Below, piece after piece: positions 11,188 to 24,335 of a stretch of 64,000 nucleotides of DNA. The position numbers and the translations under genes are program-made. This DNA comes from Podarcis melisellensis (taxonomy: Eukaryota). Under the pieces are notes generated by a model. The model did no database searches, was not told the origin of the DNA, and was given only the letters and a program-made list of their open reading frames with translations. The first letter of the stretch is position 1. Each line of letters starts with the position of its first letter. The stretch lies in NCBI GenBank assembly GCA_964234715.1, contig OZ174277.1. One strand, written 5' to 3'.

Positions 11188-11510
11188 TGTTATGTATTGA
11201 GCTGAATCCTAGAACAATAGGATCCAGAATGGAGCGGTCTGATTGGTCCGCAGGAGCCACCCAATCCAGCTCTAGGTGGAAGTGAGTCCGCAACCTGATT
11301 GGCCTGCAGGAGCAGCCAATCAGGCTCCTGGATGAATTGAATCAGCAACCTGATTGGCTTGCAGGAGCAGCCCGGAATTAGCCAATCACGTGGGGCCCAT
11401 TGTGTAAATAATGTATATATAGCTAGACGTTTTTGGGAAAAGTTTTGTTCATTGCTACTATGAGCTGAATAAAGAGCATGAAATTCACACTCATCTCCGA
11501 GTATATTTCA
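11188..11510 (+). mobile_element. Solo LTR, copy 2, 5-bp TSD GAGTG
   Basis: TGTTATGTA...TATTTCA ends. GAGTG at 11183-11187 and 11511-11515. Homologous to 8116-8368 with an extra internal repeat. Confidence 0.92.
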
Positions 11511-12686
11511 GAGTGTCAAGGAGCTGCACGGTTGTCCTGCTGACTGCAAGGACCTGATGCTTTTTCAGTACTGCCAGCCTGTGTGGCAGTTTCTCCACTC
11601 TGTTCAGTTTCTGTTTTTCTAACTAGACAGATATGCTACAAACATGCCATGATTCTCTAGTGCTCTGTTCTTGCATGGCAATTGACCCTGCAATAAAAAA
11701 GTTGCCCTGAGACTGTTTACCACTTGAAATGAGAAATTGGAAACAGTATTATTTTTGAGAGTGTTTGCTGTGGCAAAAAAAGAAGTATTATTAGATAATA
11801 TTATCATAAAATTTTCATGTTTTTCTTGAAGAAGAACCAGTGGGAGTTAAAACATATTGGGGCCACATGCATTCATTTGCACATACTGGTTTTACTTCTG
11901 TATTTCTTCTGGGAGACTGACACGGCCATTTGTTCATAAAATAAGGTGGCAATCCTATTTACGGTTGGCTTGGAATCAAACAGAAACCGCAGTCATTTTG
12001 ATGCTCAGCATATGTGGTTAGATTGTGCCTCAGCTTCCGGCAAATGCATCTCTGATTCAGTTTAAGGAGGAGTTGTGACTACTTGTGTCTCAGCTGAATA
12101 CAGCCCATGAGGTAAACAAGTGTCAAGAGGCAGCCCTTTGACCTGTCACTTTTCTGATGCATCTCCATCAAACAGGCTTTTTGTTAAGATAATCATAGCT
12201 ACGACTTTGCAAAGCTCTGCTGAGATGACAGATTCCTTCTCACCAAGTTACCCAGATTCACAGAGCTTGAAATGTAAGAGATAAACTGGAATCTGCAACA
12301 AAGTGTTGCAGTGTGAAATGGAGTGCTCTTGTTCAGAATAATCCATTGCATTGCCCCCCTTCTCCAGTTCCCCTTCAATTATCAGTCAGCATTCTGTAGG
12401 CATAACAAAGGCTGTGTATACATTAACGGCTTAAAAACACATTAGTGGTAAGGTTATTTTCTGTACTGTGTTTCAAATTGCTTTTGCATGTCACTGTACA
12501 CACCAGAGGAGGAGGAGGCCATGGCAAGGAAGGAATGGCGGCCCGGGCACCCACAATGAACAGGCCTCCAGGACTCCCTGGAGATGGCATGCCTGGCCTG
12601 CACTCTGCTTCTAACTCTCACACAAAATTCTGGCTTTTCCCCTTCTAACTAACAGCTAGTTGAGGAAGGGGGTCTATTACCTTAAC

Positions 12687-13138
12687 TAGTTAAAGCTATG
12701 GTTTTCCCAGTAGTGATGTATGGAAGTGAGAGCTGGACCATAAAGAAGGCTGATTGCCGAAGAATTGATGCTTTTCAGTTATGGTGCTGGTGGAGACTCT
12801 TGAGAGTCCCATGGACTGCAAGAAGATCAGACCTATCCATTCTTAAGGAAATCAGCCCTGAGTGCTCACTGGAAGGACAGATCCTGAAGCTGAGGCTCCA
12901 ATACTTTGGCCACCTCATGAGAAGAGAAGACTCATTGGAAAAGACCTTGATGTTGGGAAAGATGGAGGGCACAAGGAGAAGGGGACGACAGAGGACGAGA
13001 TGGTTGGACAGTGTTCTCGAAGCTACCAGCATGAGTTTGACCAAACTGTGGGAAGCAGTGGAAGACAGGAGTGCCTGGCGTGCTCTGGTCCATGGGGTCA
13101 CGAAGAGTCAGACACAACTAAACAACAACAACAACAAC
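12687..13138 (+). mobile_element. BovB (RTE clade) LINE, 5'-truncated 3' end with (CAA)n tail
   Basis: ORF 12698 (MVFPVVMYGSESWTIKKAD...RRIDAF...LRLQYFGHLMRR..SLEKTLMLGK.EG.RRRGRQR.RW) is the BovB ORF C-terminus, followed by catggggtcacgaagagtc. Confidence 0.95.
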
Positions 13139-14302
13139 CCATACTTAGGCCGTTGCTTCACCAGGAAGCTGGCCTAAGTATACCAGCAATTGAATCATTG
13201 TCGGATCCAGGAATTAGAAGGGACTCAAGCATGCAGCCTGACCCACCTCCCCCCCCCCAACTCACAATAGTACATTCTGTACATGCAGGGGTCCACAAGA
13301 ACGTATGTTAATGTATCACTCCTGTGCATGAGTTACCTCAGCCTGTAGTTGAGGGGGTTGGAGCAGGAAGTTAGCATCCAAGATAGTGGTCCCTGCTCTA
13401 ACTTGGGTCTGTTCTTTATGTGCAGAATGTGTTGGCATTTTTAATTTGGATTTTGACAACTTAAAAGTAAAAGCAGACTACATGCAAGCAAGTCAATGGA
13501 GCATGAGACTTCGCCATGCAAATTAGCTCTTGATTTAACCTGAGAGAAGTATAAGGAGGCACTTTAAATAGAATGACCTTTGCGGCAGCCAGAAACATAT
13601 GGGAAGTGTGTGTTTGTGCGTGCGCGTTTCTCACTTTGAAAATTTTCACACTGAAAAATGAGTTGTACATTCTCTAAAAGGACAAAGGACATTCAAAGTG
13701 AGAGATTCATTAATAAGTACTGTTAATTAGCGATATGTCAGTTGTGCATACCATGCAGTAGTGACAGGCATCAGTAAATACAATTAAATAAGAAGAAAAG
13801 TCAAATATAAAATAGCATAGGTATACATTTGTGGTAGGTAGGAGAGCTACAGTATATTAGAGTATTCACATTACCTTTTAATACCCTATTTTTCATTTGT
13901 AACTTATATTTTGAAATGTTGAAGTTGTAATTTTTGAGTAGGGCTGTATCTATGTCTTCTCAAAGGTAATGGCTTTAGCTGGTCGGTTAATTGCTCATCA
14001 GCCTCTCATAGAGCTAGTTCTCTCCAATGAGAGGGGAGGCCTCCCCCCCCTTATCTGGCTGGAGGCCAATTGATCCTAGATAGATCCATTACCTTTGCAA
14101 AGGGACTTGTTTGGCTGGTCCACCAGGTTCCCACTCACTCATTTTGCCTCACTGATTACAGGGTCACAGATTTGGAAGGAACCTCAGGTGTGTCATCCAG
14201 ATTGACCCCTGCAATTTATAACGTTATTAATCTATGAAAGGCTTCATTCCCACAGCAAGTAAACACTGTGAGTTGGTGTGTGGATCCATGCCTATTTTAG
14301 CA

Positions 14303-14445
14303 TGTTGTTGTTACTGCTATTTAGTCGTTTAGTCATGTCCGACTCTTCGTGACCCCATGGACCAGAGCACACCAGGCACTCCTGTCTTCCACTGCCTCCC
14401 GCAGTTTGGTCAAACTCATGCTGGTAGCTTCGAGAACACTATCCA
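14303..14445 (-). mobile_element. BovB 3' end fragment
   Basis: Reverse complement of about 13005-13138. Confidence 0.92.
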
Positions 14446-15664
14446 GAACAAATCATCCAAGTGCTTTAGTGCCTCTTCTTCAGCTTACAACTGAATCCAC
14501 TTTTACTTGTTTGCTATAATTTTGAAAAAGTGGTGCTTCAGTTGCTGTTGTTACCAATCCTTAGGTGTTGCCGCTTCACCAAGAACAAAACAGAAGAAAG
14601 TTAAGCTGGGAATGGCGAGAGAGGAGCAAAGAGGAGTTGGATTGTGGGTGCACCATATTTTATTTATTTGCTTTAGAAAATGTATAAACTACTTGAACAA
14701 AAACCTCTCCAAGCAGTGCCAGCCCTGAGCCTCCTTAATGAATTATGGAGCAGAGGAGCCCGATTATCACTCTGAAGACAGCATGCAGATAGGGGAAGCT
14801 TATCTCTCCAGTCCCCGAATGAGATTGGAATGGAGATTTGCACCTGAGGGAGAGAGGCAATGAGGGATTGTGGGGCATGATTTTCCTTCTCTTGCACAGG
14901 GTGCTTCTTACCTGAAGTCCAAAACCTGTTTCGCAGCACATGGCATCTGACTGGGAAGCATTCCAAACACACACAAACTGTAAAAGCTCCACACTTAAGA
15001 AAGGAAAACACTTAATAGCTTTCTGTTTGGTTGAATCTTCCCTTTGCCTTGCTCAGGAAACAGCCTTCGAAAAGGAGATGATCTATGGCATACCTTAGGC
15101 AGTTACCCTATTCAATCTTGCTCAGTGTGCTGTTCTACAAGTCATCCTCTGTAATACTTGGTGTTTCCCTTGAAGAAACGCAGCTGCTGATTGCAAGAGC
15201 CAATGGCTCATGGGAGTACAGGAGAGTTCTAAACCTCCTCCTAACATTTTCATAACACTTCAGTCTCTGCCCCAAAACCAAATTCCTTCTTTGTCCAAAT
15301 CCAGCACTTGCATTCAAAGCCTGGTTTTCTGTACTTTTAACCTGGCTGGCTTCTCGTGCTTTACTTCCTCAATGTTCTCTTAAAGTACAAAAAAGTCTTT
15401 GTTTAGATTTATATATATATATATTAAACAGCAAATAAATTTATGAGTATTTCAGGGATGGGCCCATCTCCATAACACAAACCAACCTTTCAGATCCTGC
15501 TAGGTGACTGAAAGCCAAACTAGACATCATTCTGGCAAACCCATGGCCAGGAACCTGCATTTACTGAGGTAACCCAAGTGCATTGGTGAAAGTGATGTTC
15601 ACTTTCAGTGGGCAGAAGAAAAATTTCTAGAGGAGCATTGGCAGGCAGGAGGGAGGAGTGCTAT

Positions 15665-16110
15665 TATTGTTATTATTGTTGTTATTGTCATTATTAGTTC
15701 TGTCATCTCTCCCAAAGGAACCCAGGGCAGCAAACATAAGCAAGATGAAACAGTGCAAGTTAAAACAAAAAAAAGCCTATGTTAAAGGTTTAAACAATGT
15801 AAAGCAATATTTAGAACATCAAAGAACACATAAAACAATCACATACCCTTCCAGTTGCTATGTTCAAGGTAGCCAAGGCCCGTATTTTTTAGCCATCAAC
15901 TGCTTGGGCAAACAGTACTCTATTTACATTTCTCCTGAAAATCAATCATGAGGGAGACAGACACACTTCAGCAGGGAGGGAATTCCACAAATGGTGAACC
16001 ACCACCAACAAGACCCTGTCACAGGGCATCACTGACAGGGCTCCCCTGCTGATTGCTTGACCTAGCTCAGGGCGATCCAACTTCTCATAACAAGTGGGCT
16101 GCAAGAGTAC
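15665..16110 (-). mobile_element. Old L2 3' fragment
   Basis: Minus-strand HLWNSLPAEV motif and an L2-like tail (cccaaaggaacccagggcagc). Confidence 0.55.
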
Positions 16111-16894
16111 TTTGACATGGAACCAGCAGGCCGCACATTGTATTGTCATGCAGAGGGTGGAGGAAACAAGGCCAAATTTTGATGCCCACCCCCAGCCCTT
16201 GTGCTGACTTCCCAGAGCTGGCTAAGTGAAGAAGCATGCTTCGGAAAGGAAGCATGAGGCTCTGACGGGGTCCTAGAGTTTCCCCACCACCATTTTTTTC
16301 TGGAGGCGAAAGAATGACGAATTGCATATTTTTAAAGGTATCACCTACAAGGTGCACAAAACTATTTACCTCATTAAGCTCTATTTAATTTTCATTCTTG
16401 ATGATGAACTGTTAACCACAATGGTGTTGAAATGTTATTGCTTTAAGACACATTCTAGCTAGACTAGAGCATGAATCATCTTTAGCTGCTTCCTGAGGCA
16501 ATGTTTCCGCACAAGCTGGAGATACAAAATAAATGCTTGAGATCTCGAATGTTGTGCTTCCCCAGACTTTGATAATGATTTAAGTTCAAACTAGGTCTTT
16601 ACAATCTTTGTTCCTCCACCCCTCGAGGGAGTGATTCTGAGCCAAACGCAAGAAGAAAGAGGGTTAACCAGCCCCTCTCTAACTGTTCTGCTCCTGATTA
16701 TACAACCTACAAGGTTGTTTTTCACACACCACAAACACACACGCACAGCATGTGTCTCCTATACAGTGCTCAGTGCTTTTTGGGAGAGTGGGAGAATGAG
16801 GTGCTGGTACTCATATCTTGATAAACATGCTGTGGATGCTGGCAAAAAATGCCTGCCATGGGCAGAAAAAAAGTGTCACACTACTGTCTCTCTT

Positions 16895-16896
<2 letters not shown>

Positions 16897-16942
<46 letters not shown>
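16897..16942. repeat. (TC)n microsatellite
   Basis: Directly visible. Confidence 0.98.
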
Positions 16943-16947
<5 letters not shown>

Positions 16948-19900
16948 CCCACACCCACATACCACTGTTTCCATGTAGTTTGACTTTAAAATGTTCTAGG
17001 TGCAAAAGAGCAGTACCCCCAAAACTGCGTGCAAAACTGTGGAGCTTAAAAGGGAAACACAATCCTCTTTCTGCATGAATAAGTGCTAGCAAGGTGACTC
17101 ATTCCCGATTTTAAAGCTTTGTAAAATTCTGAATAAATGTATACAGAAGGGATTTGATTCTGATATTTGTTCTTTGCTTACCAAGGCTTTCTCCCCTATT
17201 AATAGCTTTGATAGTCACAATTGTAGCCAAATTTAAAATTATATTTGGGGTAATTATAAGTATACTCATTACAGCTGTGTCATCTAGCCAAATGGTATGT
17301 ATCACGTGTGTGTGTGTGTGTGTTGTTTCAGAATTTATTAGCTATGCTACCAGTAGCAGTTGTTAAGTTTTCTTAGCATGACTCAGAGCTTAAATCAAAG
17401 CATACAGGCACACAACAATCCTTCTCTTTCTACATATATACAGCACTTGCTCTCTTCCTTGGCAGGATGACGGTTCTTATAAAGACATCCCCATCACATA
17501 TAGGACTTGTCCAGTGCAGTATGGGAAAATACTGCCTTTCACTGTACATCTCTCTATGGTGATGCTCAGCACTGAGATCAGGAGATCAGGGCCTCCTGCC
17601 TGCTGTTTAGAGAGAGATTTTAAATCTCCCAATCTCAATACTGACCACCACAGCACTGAGACCAGGTTGTGAGGTGCTCTGACTCGTTTTCATAGAGCAA
17701 TCACTAAAGGGCAAGCAGAGGGATTTGGCCTGACTGAGATCAGAAGATCAAGCTTCAGGACTTGTGGAGAAACTTCCTGTGGTTTCTTGGGCCAGATTTG
17801 ACCCTCAGGTTAACCATCCAGGTTTAAAAGAGCTTGTTTTAAAGCCAAATAGGCTTGGAAGTGTTAAGTAAAGGTAGACATAGAGTACATTCAGGCTTTC
17901 TTGTTCAGATAGGTTTTTATTTATCTGTATTTTTGGAAAAGAAAAAAAAAGGATAACGCACATCCATTAGAACCCAAAACTAGTAGCAAAAAATAAGCTA
18001 TGTACCAATCGGTCCGAAAAAGGGAGCTATAGCACCTCTTTCTTCAGTGAGACAAACCTCGCTTCCGCCCACATGCAGCAGCCAGTGAATCAAATGCTGA
18101 TTCAGTTTATTTTCACCCATCCCTTAGTGGCTCAGGCAAGGCTGGCTGTACATTTTCTGTTTAACCGCAACACATATCAGGGCCAGAACTCGCACTAGGC
18201 AGCATAACATAACCTCCTCAGGCAGCAGATGCTGGAGGGTGGGGAGCAATGGTGTCATGTTAGAGCTGTGCAAGCTACATGTGGCCTGTCTGGCACCCTC
18301 TTGTTGCCTTATAACCTCTTGATCTTAAGCCTTGATTAAGCATAAATCTGAACCAAACACAGTGGTTCAACCAAATACAGTGGCACAGACTGAATCCCTG
18401 CCCCACATTCCTTGGGATGCCAGTTCAGTACTCAATGGAGTTTCAGTCTTGAGACTACAGTTGACTGATCAACTCATCACAATGCCAATTTATTGTGTTT
18501 CCCCATGTTTAATACAATCATCATTTATCCCCTTAACAATTATTCATTACTTCTCAGTCACCATTCTTGTAGTATTTTGGACCTAAAAAACAAAACAAAA
18601 CACAGTATATCAGAAGAATGGTGTAATGAATAGCAGGACACATTTTCTTATCTGAGAAGCCAGGATGATCATTACATATGAAATGAAACATGTCTACAAA
18701 AGAGTAGGTGTTGGCGGGCCAATGTTCATATATTCACTGATCCATAAATCCACACGGCAGAAGAGACTCAAGAACAGAATCCTAGATGTATTCGATTTTA
18801 AAAATATAACTATTGGCACTGAAATAGAGAGAACACAAAAACAGTGCCTTCAAGAAGCAACAGCATATGCCATATAGACCGTCATTCACAACACACACAC
18901 ACACACACACACGGCGCTTCCAGGTGAAGGCAAACTTTTTGAGTTGGGTGTGCTGCTTCTGGTGGGGACTGTTCCAATCTCAATGCACTTTTCAAAGCCA
19001 AAGCAAATTTAGAAGGATCAGCACAGGCAAGCGTGAGACTCGTACAAGAGAAATGCTTGTTGTTTGTTTGAAGAGCCCAAATTTTGTTCTGAATATTAGA
19101 AACCAGTTCAAATTTCTAATCGGCTGTGAAACTCCATATATGTTCTTGGGTCTCATGATAACCTACAATTTAAGGAGTTCTTGGGAGACACCTCAGTTGA
19201 TTTGAGCACTTTAGAGAAAAGCCGAGGACAACTGTAAAGAATTAAATAACACTTTTCCTATCCCTCCCCCTCTTCAAGAGCCTTTTCCTTGTCTCCACTT
19301 ACGCAACGGCGAGCAAAGCCAGTCATGGGGGCAGAGACCCCTTTCCACCTGCTCTGGGGCAACACAAGAAGCTTGTTCTATTTACTCTGGCTTTGAGCTA
19401 ATATGAATCTCTTGTAAGCATCAAGACAACAAACCACAGAAAGAATATCTGCCTTTCTAGTGGAGGGGGAAACAGCTGTAGTTAATGTCAACCATGAATT
19501 AGAAAGCAAATATAAAGACAGATGAAAGGTAGTTGAAAATGTGAGTGCTTTATGCCAATCTGTGAGCATGATCAGTGTCTAAAGCCAAAACAGGAGTTTT
19601 TGTTTTGGTTTTTAATAGAGATAGCGAAGCTATGAGGCAAAATATAAAAGTAGCATTGTCTGTTTGCAGATTTAAAAAAATACTTTGTTTCTCTGTTTTG
19701 AACACAGACCCAACGATAACACTGCGGCCCCTTGTTCAAAACATGAGAAATGACGCTCAGAGTACACAATGAAAGACAATCAGTCTTTAGCTGTGCTTAA
19801 ATATTCTGGACCTGGAACAAAATGTCCTAATACATCTCAAAACAAATCCGCCTAGCTTCTAACTGACTGGCTGCAACAGGTGGGATTTCTCTTCTGTCCG

Positions 19901-21599
19901 AATGCCCATTTATTAAAAAGGAAGAAAGCAACATTTGCTGCTCTGCAGGAGCTGGTAATTGTGCAAACAATTGTGACTCTCAAGATTTGATCTTTGGGAC
20001 TGGCAGGACGCTGAGGAGTGTGCCCTAGGGGCAGGGGAGCTGGAGGGGGAACTTAGGATGGGGGGCAGTGGTTTGTGGGGCCTTGTACCAGCCAGGAGGC
20101 ACGAATCAGAGGCAGGGGAAGCTTCGGAGCCGGAGGGTAGAGCACAAGATGGATGGGAAGAAGAGGAGGCAGAAGCAAGTCAGACAAGTGAAGGGCCAGG
20201 TGCTTCCCCAGTCCTGCACCACTGTCTCCCAGAACCAGGAAGGGGCTGAAAAGGGATGCGCTGAGGAAGCTTCCAGGCAGGCTCATTCTCCCTCCATTTG
20301 CAGCCAGTCCTGCCACAAAGTCTCCATGGGATGAATGGCAAAACTGTTTTCTAGCCTTAGCTTAAGACCCAAATCACCCTGAAGTCTCTGCCTGTGGTGT
20401 GGATGAACTCAAGACTTGTTCCAGCACCCTGTCCTGTGTAGGAACTTCAAATGGGAATAAAGCATGAATTGATTTCACTCCATGTATGCACTTGTTATAC
20501 ATGTATTTCCCTAGTAAGTTAGCCCTATTCTAGACTTCAGTGGAACCCACAAGAAAACTTGTTTAAATGTGGGGCAACAGAGTCCTTAATCTTTAGAGAG
20601 AAGCAATAGGGGAAGATTATGTCTGTTCTGTCAGATTTACCTCAGAACGCCGATATTACTGCTTTTAAGCTCATTTCATGTTTTAATTTGGTAAATATAC
20701 TGTCAGAAAACATGTCCAAGGAGGGGGACTCTATAATTATTTATGGGAAGCAGAACTACGCTTGCTGTTCTTTTCTTCAAACAAATCTCAAGTACAATAC
20801 ATTAAAATACAACAGCAGCCAGCTTTGATATCTCCCCTTAGGCTTTTTCTGAATGTTGGCAGAGGCTGGAGGGAGTGGCATACATAAAGTCACTGCAATC
20901 TGTTATGAGCAGTTGAATGCCTATTAAGTCTTCTGTTAAGTTTCATTTGGAACAAAAAAATAATGCAGCCAGCAAGCAACTTGCATATTCTTGTTTAGCA
21001 ATACGAATGAGAGGTCTCAAAGGTATTCACCCCGAAAACTAGAGCGAGGCAACTCCTAGTTAAATAATATTAATATTTGAGGCTTCAAAAGGCACTGAGG
21101 GCTGCTGAGAGATGAAGGTTGAAGGGAGGTGAAGCATTCTTATTCTGGCCCAGGGCAAGCCACCATCTGTAACTGTATACCAACCTATGGGGAATTAAAA
21201 GAGACTGGGATGGGTGGGGGCGGGGGAGAGACCCAGTCAAAGAATGGTGAAATTCTGGCCAAAAGTCCATCCTCCAACATTTGCCATATAAAATCAGGCA
21301 TGTTGATTCGTCGTGAGAGAATGTACCTCCCCACAGTGGGCCTGAAAGTGAACATTGGGGGGGAAAGCAACTGACAGGCCACCATTTTGAAAGGCTTCAT
21401 TTCCAAAAAATTCCTTAGCATTCCTCTCTTCTGATTAGAAAGCATATATTTACGTATGGTATCTCTTTTAGATGCAACTAATCCATACACATTTCAATCT
21501 GTGATATAGATTTGTTTCCAAAACATCGTTGTTTTCAAATTGAGATACTGGTACACACAGCTTTCCCCTTACTTATTATCTGGAATTGTTGAGAATTGT

Positions 21600-21846
21600 G
21601 AAGAAGAAGAGTTTGGATTTGATATCCCGCTTTATCACTACCCAAAGGAGTCTCAAAGCGGCTAACATTCTCCTTTCCCTTCCTCCCCCACAACAAACAC
21701 TCTGTGAGGTGAGTGGGGCTGAGAGACTTCAGAGAAGTGTGACTAGCCCAAGGTCACCCAGCAGCTGCATGTGGAGGAGCGGAGACGCGAACCCGGTTCC
21801 CCAGATTACAAGTCCACTGCTCTTAACCACTACACCACACTGGCTC
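21600..21846 (-). mobile_element. Young Squam3-type SINE, copy 2
   Basis: Near-identical to 5723-5956, with a short (TTC)n tail. Confidence 0.92.
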
Positions 21847-23056
21847 ATTGGTGTCACACATTGGTGTCATTGGTACTCACACACAAATTGATGTGTAGAG
21901 AAAGGCCTCTGATTCACACATGGACACACACAGTTACTGAAAATCTAAATTCAGCTGTAACTCTGTGCATGCCCTGTAAGTGTGTGTGCAACTTTGCTTT
22001 AGTCAAAGCAATGAGAGCATAATTATAATTGGGGGAACCACTGTAGCTTAGTCAGCCTTACTGTCAGGTCACACCCTGCCCCAACTAACTCTGGAATCCA
22101 GTGCTGTATCTAATGCAAGCTACACCCATATTCAGACATTAAATCAAGTCATCATCTCTTGTGACTGAATAGTACCCAACAGGCAAGGATACTCTGCCTT
22201 AATTAAACAAAGTACTCCTCTTTGCAGCTGTATGGCAGATATATAAAGATATGTTTGATTTATATTGCCTGAGCCAAACTGTTCACAACAGCTTTAAACT
22301 GAGCTATCTTGTTTAATATCCAAATGTGTTTTCACATAATGAATAACCATTGACTTTTACCACTAAGCAAGACAACTCCTGCAGGTGCTTCCTAAGTACT
22401 TAGCAATTACCCCTCTTCCTGTGGGTGATGAGTCACCTCTCTAAAGTTCTTTTGTCTAGTTTGTAAATGTAACCCAGGCCTGTTTGGATTGGCAGAGAAC
22501 CACATTACTACTGGAATTAAGAGGCTGGTACTCAAAACTGGGGGTGTGATTTTTCTTTAAAGAAACTGAGCACACACAGCCTGTGCAGATAGTTTCGCTA
22601 TCTAGGTTTGAACTCTTCTGCCTGCATAAAATGTTTCAAAGAAAACTCCCTGGACAATGACAATCTGTGTATATTGTATCCTTTAATATCTAATATGCTA
22701 TTTTTGTGTGTGTTAGCCTGTATGCCTGATGTTATGGTATATGTTTCCTCTAGTAATCTGCTTTTCTTTTCTTTAACCCATTTTACTTTGGGGGATTCAA
22801 AAGCAGTGTCTTAAGTCCACGTATGCTTCGGTAAGCTTTGTTCCAGCTCACTTAAATGACTAGGAAAAAGCCCTTGTGCTAAATGGGGTTAGAGTATCGG
22901 ACTAGGACTTGGGAGACTTGGGTTCAAATCCCTCCTTGGCCAACAGGCGATATAATGTCGTCCTGTTCAACATTTCCCTCGACCCTCCACTGGCTACCAA
23001 ATGAAGGAGCGTGAATCCTGGATGTGTTGTCATGTCACACATTTCTTTTACTATTA

Positions 23057-23493
23057 CCGTACTTTTCCGTGTATAAGACGAGTTTTTTTTTTATTTTAAA
23101 ATTATGTTAAGAATTGGGGGTCGTCTTATACACGGATAGTGCATAGCAAGTCGGAGATGGCTATTGGGTGTGTTATTGGTGGCTGTGGCAAGGGCTGGCG
23201 TTGATTGGACGTTGCTACGGCGATTGGGCAGGCAATTGGCGGCTTTTGCCGGCGAGGTGACAGATGATAGTGCAAGTGGCAGTGTAGTTCAGGTGGGTGA
23301 GCGATTTTCTGTAATCCCCCCTAAAAAAAGCTCAGCCACTCTGCCTCCCCCCATACAGCTCAACAACTATGGGCAATCATCCCCCAAAAAAGCTCAGCAA
23401 CTCTGGGCAATCTCCCCTCATTTTCTTAATTTGGAGTCCCCAAAAATAGAGGGCATCTTATACATGGCGGCATGTTATACATGGAAAATATGG
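23057..23493. mobile_element. Tc2/pogo-type MITE
   Basis: TIR ccgtacttttccgtgtataag / gttatacatggaaaatatgg, TA TSD. Confidence 0.85.
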
Positions 23494-24335
23494 TAATTAC
23501 CAGTGAGGCATGAAAGGGAAACTCAGCTGGTGGCAACTATGTCCTTGCCCCATTCTCCCCATGTAGTTAAGTCCCCAAGATCTGCATATAATGAGCTTCC
23601 TGTGTGATGATGAGGGACAGCGCTGTGTGTATAAAAGCAAGCACAATGCCTGCTCTGTGTTTAGCTGCAGCCAACGATGTCTTTAATAAACACAACGTAT
23701 GCACGGATTTATTAATAGGGAAGGAAAGAAAGAGTTAACAAAAAACCCTCCTCCTGCTCCAGTAAAAATAGTTACGGTAATACATCTTGCATATTCTTAA
23801 CAAAAATGTCTGTTTGTTTTAATTAGGGCTTGTCATCTAAATGCCAAGGAGAATATAAACAGCGGTAAATGGGTTACAAGCTGGGCTACAGCATCACCTT
23901 AGGCTCCAGGACTGTACTTGACATAATGCAAGCAGACTTCTGCACCTGTAATGAGAAAAAGGCAGAAATGGGGTCAAAGAGGGACACACCTTAAAGCACC
24001 TAAGCTGCTCTTTATCCAGGTGGGTTTGCAGAATTAGGAACCCAGGTAGGAAAAAGCCCTGGTTCTGTTAACCCTTCAGAAAAGGATCAGGCAGTGGGTG
24101 ACTGGAAAGACAGGGTCACAGCTCTATATTTTCTGCCCCATGTTTAAACTGCATTAATTCGAAGATGACAACCGAAAAATGTCCGTTAATCTGAGAGCGT
24201 AAAAAAATAAAATAAACAAATTGACCTCTGTGGCGGAAAGGCTGTCTGCCACATCAAGGATATCACATGTTCCAAAAGACCTCACTTTCAAGTCTACTCT
24301 TTTGCTTGACAGCGACGGAGACATTTTATACATGG

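Noticed and set aside
8116-11510. A single 3.4-kb LTR retrotransposon or TRIM bounded by the two LTRs
   Set aside because: Each LTR has its own distinct TSD (GTCAC versus GAGTG), and the interval holds unrelated SINE and MITE sequence.
17565-17755. Three dispersed ctgaga(t/c)cag motifs about 80 bp apart
   Set aside because: Too short and diverged to call an array or an RNA gene.
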